DNA of 64,000 nucleotides from Thermodesulfovibrionales bacterium (lineage in GTDB: Bacteria; Nitrospirota; Thermodesulfovibrionia; Thermodesulfovibrionales; SM23-35). The translations under genes were made by a program, and so were the position numbers. How positions within the stretch are numbered: the stretch's first letter is position 1; the number at the start of each line of letters is the position of its first letter. The stretch is from the NCBI GenBank assembly GCA_963716185.1, contig OY970295.1, positions 884,049 to 948,048 on the forward strand, given 5' to 3'. The notes under the pieces are model-generated. The model had not been told where the DNA came from. It did not search any database and saw only the letters and a list, made by a program, of their open reading frames with translations. Positions 36,185 through 46,522 of the stretch are shown here, one piece after another.

Positions 36185-37359
36185 TTGAGTGCGACAGATA
36201 CCGGGCGGCAGATATCATAGTTTCCGTTTTCTGCATCCTGTTTTCTGTTCTATTTTTTCTGTCTTCAGTCTTTTGTTACGCTTCTACACCGCATGAAGAA
36301 TACAAGAAGGTCCAGAAAGAGATAAAGAAGCAGAAAGAAAAACTTGAAGAGGTAAAAAAACGTGAATCCTCGGTCCTAACAGAAATTGAGCTTACGAACA
36401 AGCAGATGAAAGCCGCCGGAAACACGCTCTATAAATATAAGAACAAACTTATGAATACAGAGTCAAAGATAGCCAAGGTCGAGTCTGAGATCTCTCAGAA
36501 TAAAAGCAATATCGAGAAACACGGGGAGTGGATGAAAAGAAAAATCAGGGAGATTAACAAATACGGCCACAATTGGGATGTGGTTATGCTGCTGCTGAGT
36601 TCGGACGATGTCTCCCAATTGATGAGAAGGGGGAAATATCTTCAGTACATTACAATCTATGAGCACAAACTCTTGCGCAGCTATAGAGACAGCCTTGAAG
36701 ATCTGAACGAAAAAGAGAAGCAACTCGTGGCCCTTAAGGGAGAACTCATAAAGAATAAAGAGCAAGTAAAGGCTGAAGAACAATCCCTGGCTGAAAAGAA
36801 AAACAAAAAAGAGATGGTGCTTGCATCCGTTAAGAAAGAGAAAACCTCTTATTCCAAGATGCTGAAGGAGATGGAGGACGTCTCCAGAAGAATTCAGGAG
36901 ATTATCAGAGAGTCTGAAAAGGCTGAAAAGAGAGATGTTTCCTTCGGGAAAGGCTTTTCGGCTCTTAAAGGAAAACTTCCATGGCCTGTCAACGGCAAAG
37001 TGGTAATACCCTACGGTTCCCAAAGAGACCCCCAATTCAATACCCCCATATTTAGAAGCGGCACATATATTCAGTCGGATGACGGTTCTTATGCGAGAGC
37101 GGTTCATAACGGGAGGGTCGTATTTGCCGAATGGTTTAAGGGGTATGGTGAGCTTGTGATTGTCAACCATGGAGACGGCTATCATACTCTTTACGGAAGT
37201 CTGTCAGAGATTTTTACGAAAGTTGGAGATATAATAAAAGATAAACAGCCTGTCGGGCGGGTCGGAAACTCAGGGCTTCTGAACTCACCCGGTCTTTATT
37301 TTGAAGTCAGATATAAAGGTAAGCCCCTTGACCCCTTACAGTGGTTACAAAGGAGATAA
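36181..37359 (+). CDS. EnvC-like coiled-coil M23 (LytM) peptidase-domain protein
   Basis: Overlaps the ftsX stop. Long coiled coil plus an M23 domain (VIVNHGDGYHTLYGSLS, VGNSG, LYFEVRYKGKPLDP). Confidence 0.85.
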   Translation: MIECDRYRAADIIVSVFCILFSVLFFLSSVFCYASTPHEEYKKVQKEIKKQKEKLEEVKKRESSVLTEIELTNKQMKAAGNTLYKYKNKLMNTESKIAKVESEISQNKSNIEKHGEWMKRKIREINKYGHNWDVVMLLLSSDDVSQLMRRGKYLQYITIYEHKLLRSYRDSLEDLNEKEKQLVALKGELIKNKEQVKAEEQSLAEKKNKKEMVLASVKKEKTSYSKMLKEMEDVSRRIQEIIRESEKAEKRDVSFGKGFSALKGKLPWPVNGKVVIPYGSQRDPQFNTPIFRSGTYIQSDDGSYARAVHNGRVVFAEWFKGYGELVIVNHGDGYHTLYGSLSEIFTKVGDIIKDKQPVGRVGNSGLLNSPGLYFEVRYKGKPLDPLQWLQRR

Positions 37360-37381
37360 TTTTTTGGAGGATAAGGAAATT

Positions 37382-38695
37382 ATGGCAAGAAGGATGACGA
37401 AGCAAAAGTTGATTCTGATCGCAGTTCTTGTATTTTCCGTCGTATCGACCGGCATTTTTGTGGGCCGGTGGGCGACGACCAGCGTCGGAGCCGAAGTTGA
37501 AGGATATGAAGAACTCAAGACCTTTTCAGAGGCGTTTTCTCTCGTGAGAAAAAACTATGTGGAAAGCGTAAACCCCAGGGACTTGATATACGGCGCTATT
37601 AAGGGCATGCTCGGTTCCCTCGATCCCCATTCCGCTTTCATGACCCCGGAGCAATATAAAGAGATGCAGGTTGACACAAAAGGGGAGTTTGGAGGGATCG
37701 GGATACAGATAGGGATGAAAGACGGGATGTTGACCGTGATAGCGCCCATAGAGGACACCCCTGCTTACAAGGCGGGCATTAAGGCCGGGGACAAGATCAT
37801 AAAAATAAACAATGAGTTTACGAAGGACATGAGCCTGCACGACGCTGTCAGCAAGATGAGAGGCGCTCCTTCGACGTCTGTAAATATAACGATACTGAGG
37901 GAGGGATGGAAAGACACAAAGGATTTTTCGATAGCAAGAGAGATAATAAAAATAAAGAGTGTCAAGTCCAGGCTTCTTGAAGACGGTATCGGGTATGTAA
38001 AAATAAACCAGTTCCAGGAGCAGACCTCGTCGGACCTTTCCGATGCCGTGGAAAAACTGACGCGGCAAAATATTAATTCTCTGATCCTCGACCTCAGGAA
38101 CAACCCCGGAGGCCTCCTTAACAGTGCTGTCGACGTTTCGAGCCAGTTCCTTCCGCAAGGGAAGCTCGTGGTCTTTATTAAAGACAGGAAGGGTGAAAAG
38201 ATAGAGTACAGAAGCGGAAAGGGTGAGTTAAACGCGAACGTGCCCATGGTCGTCCTGGTCAATCAGGGAAGTGCGAGTGCTTCGGAAATCGTTGCCGGAG
38301 CTCTGAAAGACTGGAACAGGGCCGTCCTGATAGGCACGCAGACTTTTGGAAAGGGGTCTGTGCAGTCGGTGATTCCGCTCGGAGACGGTTCAGCCGTGAG
38401 GCTGACAACAGCAAGATATTATACTCCTAAGGGTATATCCATACAGACCACGGGAATCACACCTGATATTATGGTCAAGCCGGAAATGAAAGATGGAGAA
38501 AAAGGGCGGCCGGCTATCCGGGAAAAAGACCTGGAGAGACATCTGAAAAACGGCGCGGAGATTGAACAAAAACCGGCTGAGTCGGAGGAAGTGGTCCCTG
38601 CCGAAATCGATGAAAAAGAAGATATTCAGCTGCAGAGGGCGATAGACCTTTTGAAGACATGGAAGGTCTTCAAAGAACTGCCCAAGGCGTCGTAA
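37382..38695 (+). CDS. ctpA: carboxy-terminal processing protease (S41)
   Basis: SD GGAGG before MARRMTK. PDZ (GGIGIQI...AGIKAGDKII). LDLRNNPGG, GSASASEI, TFGKGSVQ. Confidence 0.9.
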   Translation: MARRMTKQKLILIAVLVFSVVSTGIFVGRWATTSVGAEVEGYEELKTFSEAFSLVRKNYVESVNPRDLIYGAIKGMLGSLDPHSAFMTPEQYKEMQVDTKGEFGGIGIQIGMKDGMLTVIAPIEDTPAYKAGIKAGDKIIKINNEFTKDMSLHDAVSKMRGAPSTSVNITILREGWKDTKDFSIAREIIKIKSVKSRLLEDGIGYVKINQFQEQTSSDLSDAVEKLTRQNINSLILDLRNNPGGLLNSAVDVSSQFLPQGKLVVFIKDRKGEKIEYRSGKGELNANVPMVVLVNQGSASASEIVAGALKDWNRAVLIGTQTFGKGSVQSVIPLGDGSAVRLTTARYYTPKGISIQTTGITPDIMVKPEMKDGEKGRPAIREKDLERHLKNGAEIEQKPAESEEVVPAEIDEKEDIQLQRAIDLLKTWKVFKELPKAS

Positions 38696-38804
38696 GAAAA
38701 GTAGACAGCAGATAGTAGACAGCACGTAGGGTCCATGGTGCGCGATGCACATGTTTTATCATACTTTTATCATGGATCCTGTATCGTGCGTCTTTATCCT
38801 CAGT

Positions 38805-39443
38805 ATGATCTACGGGAGGACCTTGTTAACGGTCAAAGAGGCGATTGAACAAAGACGGAGCATCAGAAAGTTTAAGCCTGACCCTGTTCCGGACGAATAT
38901 CTGTCAGAACTCCTTGACGCTGCGAGGTTGGCCCCGTCAGGCTGCAATGCCCAGCCCTGGCGTTTCAAGATCGTAAAGGATACGGAAACCAGGTTAAGAC
39001 TGGCAAAGGCGGCATATGACCAGTCATTCATCTCAAAGGCTCCTGTCGTTTTTGTCTGTTGTGTAGACATAAAGGGCTATCTGGATGGCACTGCCTCTGG
39101 AATTCAGGATCTCGGAAAGATAGGCGCAGTCGAGGACAGGATAATAAAGATACTTCTCAAACGGGCCGAGCAGATGGACTCGCAGATGCAAATATTGAAC
39201 AGGGAACAACTTGGCGCCCGGATAGCCTTTAATGTGGCCATTGCAGTGGAGCATATTGTCCTGAGGGCCCTGGACTTCGGCCTGGGAACTTGCTGGGTGA
39301 GATTAATTGATGAACGGATGGTAAAAGACATCTTTGGGTGGGACGACAATATTTATGCCGTAGCTTTGCTCCCGATCGGTTTTCCTGACGAGTCTCCCGG
39401 GCCGCGGAAGAGACTGAAGATTGACGATATCATGATTAAATAA
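38805..39443 (+). CDS. nitroreductase-family oxidoreductase
   Basis: EQRRSIRKF, APSGCNAQPWRF, LDFGLGTCW. The ORF track begins at 38745. Confidence 0.8.
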   Translation: MIYGRTLLTVKEAIEQRRSIRKFKPDPVPDEYLSELLDAARLAPSGCNAQPWRFKIVKDTETRLRLAKAAYDQSFISKAPVVFVCCVDIKGYLDGTASGIQDLGKIGAVEDRIIKILLKRAEQMDSQMQILNREQLGARIAFNVAIAVEHIVLRALDFGLGTCWVRLIDERMVKDIFGWDDNIYAVALLPIGFPDESPGPRKRLKIDDIMIK

Positions 39444-39451
39444 CGGAGAGT

Positions 39452-40852
39452 GTGACCATGACAAATTATATCAGGGTGAAGCGCATCGAGTTTTTCGCAG
39501 CGATTTTGGTTTTATCATTAAGTATCATTGCAATATTTATGCTTTCTGGATGCGGCGACTCAACGTATACGATTTCCGGCAGGATTACTTTAGGTGGCTC
39601 GGCGCTTTCAGGCGCAACAGTAAGTCTTTCCGGCCAGGCTTCAAAGACAACGGTGACGGACGCGAATGGCAACTATAGCTTCAGTCATATGTCAACCGGC
39701 GAATACACGTTGACCCCGTCGTTCTCCGGGGTCATCTTTAGCCCTCGGGACCTGAATATTGTTGTCGATGGCATTAACGCAACCGGGTTGGATTTCAATG
39801 CGAGTGGACAAGACAGGATAGTTGCGACAACTCATACCGTTTTCCTGAAAAGCGACGGAACTGTCTGGACCTGGGGTGATAACAGCAACGGTCAGCTCGG
39901 CGACGGCACTACCACTCAAAGCGCCACCCCCGTGCAGGTCAGCAGCCTGTCGGGCGTGACAGCCATTGCAGCGGGCGCTGCCCACACTGTTGCCTTGAGA
40001 AGCGACGGAACTGTCTGGACCTGGGGTGATAACAGCAACGGTCAGCTCGGCGACGGCACTACCACTCAAAGCGCCATCCCTGTAAAGGTCAGCAGCTTGT
40101 CGGGCGTGACAGCCATTGCAGCGGGCGCTGCCCACACTGTTGCCCTGAGAAACGACGGAACTGTCTGGACCTGGGGTGATAACAGCAACGGTCAGCTCGG
40201 CGACGGCACTACCACTCAAAGCGCCATCCCTGTAAAGGTCAGCGGCCTGACAGGCGTAACAGCCATCGCGGCAGGCGATTCCCACACTGTTGCCCGTAAA
40301 AATGATGCCACAGTCTGGACCTGGGGAAATAACAGCAATGGCCAGCTCGGCAACGGCACTACTGCACAAAAAACCACCCCTTTACAGGTCAGCAGTCTGA
40401 CAGGCGTAATAGCCGTTGCAGCGGGCGCTGCCCACACTGTTGCCCTGAAGAACGATGCCACAGTCTGGACTTGGGGCGATAACAGCAGCGGTCAGCTCGG
40501 CAACGGCAAGACCGCTCAAAAAACTGCTCCTGTGCAGGTCAGCGGACTTTCAAAGGTTATAGTCATTTCAGCAGGCGGCGCCAACACTGCTGCCCTGAAA
40601 GACGACGGCACAGCATGGACTTGGGGAAGCAACAGTAACGGCCAGCTCGGCAACGGCACTACAATTCAGAACACCACCCCTGTGCAGGTCAGCGGACTCT
40701 CAAGCGTGATAGCCGTTTGTCCAGGCTATACCCACACCATTGCCCTGAAAGTCGATGGCACGCTCTGGGCATGGGGAGATAATAGCAAAGGTCAGCTCGG
40801 GAATGGGACTACGACTCAGAGCACCATTCCTGTGCAGGTGCCGGAATTCTGA
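39452..40852 (+). CDS. lipoprotein with carboxypeptidase-regulatory-like domain and a seven-blade RCC1-repeat propeller
   Basis: Lipobox LSGC. ISGRITL...TDANGNYSF...GEYTL. Seven W(T/A)WG(D/N/S)NS.GQLG(D/N)G repeats. Confidence 0.88.
   Translation: MTMTNYIRVKRIEFFAAILVLSLSIIAIFMLSGCGDSTYTISGRITLGGSALSGATVSLSGQASKTTVTDANGNYSFSHMSTGEYTLTPSFSGVIFSPRDLNIVVDGINATGLDFNASGQDRIVATTHTVFLKSDGTVWTWGDNSNGQLGDGTTTQSATPVQVSSLSGVTAIAAGAAHTVALRSDGTVWTWGDNSNGQLGDGTTTQSAIPVKVSSLSGVTAIAAGAAHTVALRNDGTVWTWGDNSNGQLGDGTTTQSAIPVKVSGLTGVTAIAAGDSHTVARKNDATVWTWGNNSNGQLGNGTTAQKTTPLQVSSLTGVIAVAAGAAHTVALKNDATVWTWGDNSSGQLGNGKTAQKTAPVQVSGLSKVIVISAGGANTAALKDDGTAWTWGSNSNGQLGNGTTIQNTTPVQVSGLSSVIAVCPGYTHTIALKVDGTLWAWGDNSKGQLGNGTTTQSTIPVQVPEF
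39851..40300 (+). repeat. three near-identical 150-bp tandem units inside the RCC1 gene
   Basis: Units start at 39851, 40001 and 40151. A stretch of more than 75 nt (AGCGACGGAACTGTCTGGACCTGGGGTGATAACAGCAACGGTCAGCTCGGCGACGGCACTACCACTCAAAGCGCCA) is identical apart from one G-to-A change at the second base of unit 3. The later blades are far more diverged. Confidence 0.9.
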
Positions 40853-40908
40853 AGGGCTTATTGGACGCGTTATCCGGACCGGCCATTGGGACATCCGGTC
40901 GCAGCTTT

Positions 40909-41119
40909 TAACCCGAAAAATGCGATTGACCTCAGATTCAGGCAGGCATAGAGACACAAAAACCTCGACAGTGCAGAATTTGGAGTTTTCTGCGCATATA
41001 TTTCTCTTACTAAAATATCCGGGCGGCCTTGATTTCTTACCGCCTACAAAGGAGCTGCTGTCAAGCTTTTTCTGCCACTATGCCTCCCCGGATATTTTAG
41101 TGAGTTGCATCTTGGGTTG
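40909..41119 (+). mobile_element. MITE-like palindromic element, copy 4
   Basis: TAACCCGAAAAATGCG ... GGCATAGAGACA ... CTCGACA ... GGCGGCCTTGATTTCTTACCGCC ... TGTCAAG ... CACTATGCC ... GGGTTG. Begins 56 bp after the RCC1 gene stop. Confidence 0.7.
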
Positions 41120-41277
41120 AAGATACTGCAGTGGAAGAAAACAGGATAGAGGTTGACAGAGAGCTGTGTATCGGCTGCGGCCTATGTATCACCGTTTGTC
41201 CTACCGGAACCCTCTCGCTCGTAGAAGGAAAGGCAACAGCCTCCGGAGAGGAGTCGATTTCCTGCGGTGGTCGATAT
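41119..41277 (+). pseudogene. relic of a 4Fe-4S dicluster ferredoxin-domain gene
   Basis: The frame EDTAVEENRIEVDRELCIGCGLCITVCPTGTLSLVEGKATASGEESISCGGRY* has one intact CxxCxxCxxxCP motif. The second motif is cut by a stop. There is no credible start, and the 5' edge coincides with the MITE end. Confidence 0.45.
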
Positions 41278-41533
41278 TGAAGGAGTGCAAGAGTGGTAAT
41301 AAAGGGAATACCCATCCAGTTTACAGGGCGGGCATGAAACTTACGAATGCTCCAAACGAAATGCGGGAAATTCTCAAATTCATAGGGCTGAGACATAAGA
41401 GAGACGAAGAACGAAAATATTTCTCTTTAAGCTTAGACGAACTCGATACCGGTAGAAACGGTAAAAACCTGGAAAGCTGCCTGCAGTCCTCATTCAAATA
41501 ATCAACCATATCGACCGCATTGAGACCGGACTA

Positions 41534-41800
41534 CTAATGCATTTTCCAGGCTAAATATAAAAAAATACTGAAACAAATTGTTGAGATAAGCAAACCAAAG
41601 CACGAAAGACCTAATGACGCATTTTCCCAAATAAAAGACGATGCTGAAAGAACCAAACCGATCGCAGTACCTAACGAACAAACAAAACACAGGAGGAATT
41701 TAGAATCTTCAGCAAAACTACGTGTGACAAAGTCTAAAAAGCCTTTCTTAAGAAATGAAATATGTTGCAATATAACCGCTCTATTCCCGCTTTCCTGCAT
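41534..41800 (-). CDS. possible small two-TM membrane protein
   Basis: 88-aa ORF with two hydrophobic stretches. No homology recognised. Lies in a decayed region. Confidence 0.2.
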   Translation of the reverse strand: MQESGNRAVILQHISFLKKGFLDFVTRSFAEDSKFLLCFVCSLGTAIGLVLSASSFIWENASLGLSCFGLLISTICFSIFLYLAWKMH

Positions 41801-42045
41801 GGAATAACCCCTTTAGAATTTCTATAACTTTTTCTACCTTAGCCTTGTAAGTAAACTCCTATAATTATTATGGCCCTGTTAAACACTGAAAATATATCGG
41901 TGTTCATCTGATTTTTCTGTAAGTATTTGTCCTACATGCAAACGCGGGCAGTGATCAGTTTGTGATAGAGATGGAAAGGGAGCTTGAAGGAAGGCTCTTT
42001 TTAAAAGGTCCATCATAAAATTTCTCAAAAGGATTATTATCACAT

Positions 42046-43941
42046 ATGAGTCAAGATGATATCGGCGATAATATAAATTCGACACTGGCCAAGGAATCAG
42101 AGGATTTCCTGATTGTGACTGTCAGCAAGGCGTTGGAGAATTATGAGATAAGGCCTTCCCAGATCAAGATGATGAATGCCTGTTCAAGCAATGTCGAAAG
42201 GGAAGGTACTCTCCTGGCAGAGGCCGGGACCGGTACGGGAAAGACATTTGCCTACCTCATCCCGGCGATCCTGTCGGGGAAGAGGGCACTGGTGACAACC
42301 CGCACAATTAACCTGCAAGAGCAGCTCGTCTCCAAGGACCTCAGATTTCTGTCGTCTCTGAAAGAATTCGACTACGCAATCGCCAAGGGAAGGGGACACT
42401 ATCTTTGCAAAAGGAGGCTTAACGCATTTAAGCCGGCTGACCAGGATGAGCTCAATGAGCATAAGGATGTGCTTGAATGGCTGATGGAAACGGAAACCGG
42501 TGATATCGAAGATTACAACTCCCGCAGGAAGCCCGTCACCTGGGACAGGATATGTTCCGATGCGGATGCCTGCAAAGGGAAGAAGTGCCAGTATTACAGG
42601 GACTGCTACTATTTTATGGCGCGCCAGCGATGGGCGCAAGCCCAGATTGTTGTTACAAACCATGCCCTCCTGGCAGTCAATACCATGATGCAGGATGACT
42701 CCAGAATACTGCCCAAAGCAGATATCCTGGTGATTGATGAAGCCCATGCCCTCGATGCCGTATTTTCCGATCAGATCGGGATCAGGATTTCGAACCGTGG
42801 TGTCGAAAATCTGTTCAACAAGCTTCTAAAGACCGACGGAAGAGGCCACTATAGGGGCCTTCTTTCAAAATCTACTGCACTTTTTCCTCTTGTTGAATCA
42901 TTACGGATGGAGACTTCCTTCTTCTGGGAACAAGTCGCGAAGGAAATGAAAAGCAGGAGGATCATCAGTGGACCTTTTCCTCTCAGGTACGCTCTCATGG
43001 CGCTTGTTGAATCGATAAATACTCTGTTTGAGAATATCAAGACGTATGTGGCGGGCCTCTTCGAAGAGGATGAAGAGATAGAGTTGAAAGCCGCCATGAT
43101 CAAATTATCGGCCCTTTCTGCGGATATGGAGACTTTTTGTGAAGAGGCTGACGGCTTTGTCAGATGGGTTGAGATAGAGGAGAACAGGAAGGCCCTCCGG
43201 ATGTCTCCCGTCTATCCCTCGGAATTCATCAGGAACAATCTTCTTCCGGAATACGATTCCATCATCCTCACCTCCGCCACTCTTTCCGTTTCCGGAGACT
43301 TCAGTCTCATCGAAAGAACTCTTGGTATCCGTGATTCAGATAAGCTGTCTGTTCCTTCGCCTTTTCATATGGAAAAACAGACCACAGTTGAGATCAGGAA
43401 AGGCATTGACCTGAAGAACGAAGACGGCGTTGACGGTCTATCACGAGTCATTGCCGAGGAGGCAGCAAAGGCAATGGGCGGTACCCTTGTTCTTTTCACT
43501 TCGAAGGATGTCATGAAGAAAACCTGGGAATTGACTGTCGAAGAATTGAAAAACATCGGTCTCAATCCCATGATACAGGGGGAGATATCGAACAGGAAGA
43601 TGCTTGAGACTATGAGACAGACCAGAAACGCTGTCATATTCGGCCTCGACTCATTCTGGGAAGGCGTTGATGTCCGTGGAGACGCCCTCAAGTGCCTCAT
43701 CATCACGAAATTACCATTTGAGGTGCCGACTGAACCCATAGTGCAGGCAAGGACTGAGATAATCGAGAGCGAAGGTGGCAATGCTTTCTATGAATATTCA
43801 CTACCGCGTGCTGTCCTGAAATTCAGGCAGGGATTCGGTCGATTAATCAGGACCAAGACGGACACAGGCAGGGTCATTGTCTGTGACGACCGAATCCTGA
43901 CGAGAGCTTACGGCAAAAGTTTTCTGGAAAACATCGTATGA
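42046..43941 (+). CDS. dinG: DinG/XPD-family Fe-S ATP-dependent DNA helicase
   Basis: AEAGTGTGKTFAYLIPA (Walker A), VIDEAHAL (DEAH), a cysteine set (YLCKRR, CSDADACKGKKCQYYRDC), and C-terminal helicase motifs. Confidence 0.85.
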   Translation: MSQDDIGDNINSTLAKESEDFLIVTVSKALENYEIRPSQIKMMNACSSNVEREGTLLAEAGTGTGKTFAYLIPAILSGKRALVTTRTINLQEQLVSKDLRFLSSLKEFDYAIAKGRGHYLCKRRLNAFKPADQDELNEHKDVLEWLMETETGDIEDYNSRRKPVTWDRICSDADACKGKKCQYYRDCYYFMARQRWAQAQIVVTNHALLAVNTMMQDDSRILPKADILVIDEAHALDAVFSDQIGIRISNRGVENLFNKLLKTDGRGHYRGLLSKSTALFPLVESLRMETSFFWEQVAKEMKSRRIISGPFPLRYALMALVESINTLFENIKTYVAGLFEEDEEIELKAAMIKLSALSADMETFCEEADGFVRWVEIEENRKALRMSPVYPSEFIRNNLLPEYDSIILTSATLSVSGDFSLIERTLGIRDSDKLSVPSPFHMEKQTTVEIRKGIDLKNEDGVDGLSRVIAEEAAKAMGGTLVLFTSKDVMKKTWELTVEELKNIGLNPMIQGEISNRKMLETMRQTRNAVIFGLDSFWEGVDVRGDALKCLIITKLPFEVPTEPIVQARTEIIESEGGNAFYEYSLPRAVLKFRQGFGRLIRTKTDTGRVIVCDDRILTRAYGKSFLENIV

Positions 43942-44220
43942 GACGCACTATTAAACGGCATCGAGGAAAAATTTATGAAAAGAAGACATAAAATAAAATT
44001 GCCAAAGGTGTGATCAATTTACTAAAATATGGCCGTGAATAAGATTTGTTCCATTGTATCGGAGGCGGTCTTAGGGTGGGGATAACAGCAAATTGCATGA
44101 TGAATTGACACTCCTAATCAGCAAACCGGATGCATCCCTCCTTGCTCAATACAGAAAAATCCCAAAAGCAACTATCCTGGATAAAGCCTTTCCCCCTTTT
44201 TGCTCACCAAGGAGAGTCAT

Positions 44221-45489
44221 ATGACAGAACCAATAATCGCATGTCCCAAATGCAAGGCCGAAATTAAACTTACGGAATCGCTCGCGGCGCCGCTGATAGA
44301 ATCTACCCGCCGCGAATTCGAAAAACAACTGGCGCAAAAGGACGCAGACATTGCCAGGCGTGAGACTTCACTTCATGAGCGGGAAGAGGCATTATCCAAA
44401 GCAAGGGAGACTATAGACGACCAAGTCGCTGAGAAGCTGAAACAGGAGCGCGCCAAGATCATTGCCGAGGAAGCCAAGAAGGCTAAGCTCGCCCTCGGTA
44501 CCGACCTGGATCAGAAGAACAGGGAAATCACCGAGCTGCAGGAAATCCTTAAACAGCGGGATGTAAAGCTCGCAGAGGCGCAGACGGCACAGGCAGAACT
44601 CATTAGAAAGCAGCGCGAGCTTGACGACGCCAAACGCGAAATGGACCTGACGGTTGAAAAGAAGATCCAGGAGGGACTTGCCGCTGTACGGGAACAGGCC
44701 CATAAAGAAGCCGAGGAGCAACTGAAACTCAAGGTGATGGAAAAAGAACAGACCATTGCCTCTATGCAAAAGCAGATTGAGGAACTTAAGCGCAGGGCTG
44801 AACAGGGTTCGCAGCAACTCCAGGGAGAAGTTCAGGAGCTTGCTCTTGAAGAACTCTTAAGCACAAAGTTTCCGCGCGATATAATTGAGCCTGTCCCTAA
44901 AGGCGAATATGGCGGCGACATATTGCATCGCGTTTCAGGCCCATTCGGACAGACCTGCGGCACGATCTTATGGGAATCCAAGCGAACCAAGAATTGGAGT
45001 GACAGCTGGCTCGGGAAACTCCGCGAAGATCAGCGTGCCGCCAAGGCTGAAATAGCCGTGATCGTCAGCCAGGTCCTTCCGAAGGGCGTGGAGACATTCG
45101 AATTGATAGACGGCGTGTGGGTGACCCATCCACGGGCAGCGCTCCCCGTCGCAATGTCGCTTCGTAATACGCTGATTGAGGTAGCATGTGCCAGGCAGGC
45201 TACCGAAGGACAGCAAACCAAGATGGAGATGGTCTATCAGTATCTTACCGGCCCGCGTTTCCGCCAACGAGTCCAGGCCATTGTAGAAGCTTTTTCTTCG
45301 ATGCACGAAGACCTTGAGAAGGAGAGGAAGGCCATACTGAAACAATGGGCCAAGCGCGAGGAGCAGATTGACCGCGTCATGCAGGCAACAGTCGGCATGT
45401 ATGGCGACCTGCAAGGGATTGCGGGAAAGACTCTGCAGGAAATAGAGGGGCTCGGTTTTCCGGCTCTTGAAGAGGGCACGGAGAAATAG
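44221..45489 (+). CDS. DUF2130-family protein: zinc ribbon, long coiled coil, PD-(D/E)xK-like C-domain
   Basis: SD AAGGAG before MTEPIIACPKCKAEIKL. About 200 aa of E/K/Q-rich coiled coil. C-terminal GGDILHRV ... ILWESKRTKNW fits a D...E-x-K nuclease-type motif, with an RmuC-like layout. Confidence 0.7.
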   Translation: MTEPIIACPKCKAEIKLTESLAAPLIESTRREFEKQLAQKDADIARRETSLHEREEALSKARETIDDQVAEKLKQERAKIIAEEAKKAKLALGTDLDQKNREITELQEILKQRDVKLAEAQTAQAELIRKQRELDDAKREMDLTVEKKIQEGLAAVREQAHKEAEEQLKLKVMEKEQTIASMQKQIEELKRRAEQGSQQLQGEVQELALEELLSTKFPRDIIEPVPKGEYGGDILHRVSGPFGQTCGTILWESKRTKNWSDSWLGKLREDQRAAKAEIAVIVSQVLPKGVETFELIDGVWVTHPRAALPVAMSLRNTLIEVACARQATEGQQTKMEMVYQYLTGPRFRQRVQAIVEAFSSMHEDLEKERKAILKQWAKREEQIDRVMQATVGMYGDLQGIAGKTLQEIEGLGFPALEEGTEK

Positions 45490-45560
45490 AGGACTTGATG
45501 CAATAATTGACCATATGATATCTTGAGGTCACAGTTTGGTACCTCAAGTTTGGAGGTAGA

Positions 45561-46082
45561 ATGAAGGCGCTTATTCCAGTTGAGATGATTGAGAAGAAGA
45601 TTCTACTGATTCGAGGCCATAAGGTCATGCTTGATAGCGATCTTGCGATGCTTTACGAGGTGGAGACTTTTAATCTCAACAAAGCTGTGAAAAGAAATAT
45701 TGATCGCTTCCCGGAAGACTTTATGTTCCAACTCACCAAGGAAGAAGCCGGCTCTTTGAGATTCCAATTTGGAATATCAAAAACAGAAGGTCGGGGCGGT
45801 CGTCGTTATCTTCCCTATGTCTTTACTGAACAAGGCGTTGCTATGCTCTCCACCGTTCTGAACAGTAAACGGGCGGTTAAGGTCAATATTGAGATTATGA
45901 GGACTTTTGTAAGACTCCGTCAGATGCTTGCCTCCAATGCAGAACTTGCCCGAAAACTCGCTGACATGGAAAAGAAATATGATGCACAATTTAAAGTTGT
46001 CTTCGACGCCATTCGGCAGCTCATGTCGCCCGCCGTACCCAAGAAGGGCAAGATTGGTTTCGTAAGAGAAAAGGATGCGTGA
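45561..46082 (+). CDS. ORF6N (KilA-N-related) DNA-binding domain protein
   Basis: [49 protein letters not shown] is the ORF6N signature block. Confidence 0.75.
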   Translation: MKALIPVEMIEKKILLIRGHKVMLDSDLAMLYEVETFNLNKAVKRNIDRFPEDFMFQLTKEEAGSLRFQFGISKTEGRGGRRYLPYVFTEQGVAMLSTVLNSKRAVKVNIEIMRTFVRLRQMLASNAELARKLADMEKKYDAQFKVVFDAIRQLMSPAVPKKGKIGFVREKDA

Positions 46083-46522
46083 GATGACTGGGTTCTCTAC
46101 AATAATATGTGATTTGGGTAGCTCGAAGACTTAATGTATCTCGTTACTCAGTCGTTTGAGAAGAATGTGGGAAACGAGTGTCGATGAAGGAAATGAGATG
46201 GGGAATTGAGTTGACTAAAGAATGGAGTATTCAGGAAACAAGACCTTACCCCGCGCATCCTTTAAACAGCATTAATTAGCCAAGAAAGAAATGCTGTCTT
46301 ACCTGACCTCAAAATGTCTCTTTCAGCCACACCCATTTAGTTAGAGGGCACCGTTTTTGTGATGATAAGCATGATATATCAGCTGCTCACAGTAATTAAA
46401 ATTTCAAAGCATCTTGATAATTCTGCGGGTTAGTAGCGGAAATCGTTACGAGGGCAGACTCAACGTCCAGCTTTTGGCAGCAAAAAAAGAGTGTCCGTAG
46501 CTACGTCAGACTAAAGCCCCCC

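Noticed and set aside
39840-40800. The regular ~150-bp periodic repeats could have been mistaken for a CRISPR-like array or satellite.
   Set aside because: They are in frame and encode the seven RCC1 blades of a single long ORF. There is no short direct repeat/spacer architecture and no cas genes.
41166-41501. A 111-aa ORF downstream of MITE copy 4.
   Set aside because: It is out of frame with the only recognisable motif in the region (CIGCGLCITVCP), and its own translation has no domain signature. It is treated as part of the decayed region.
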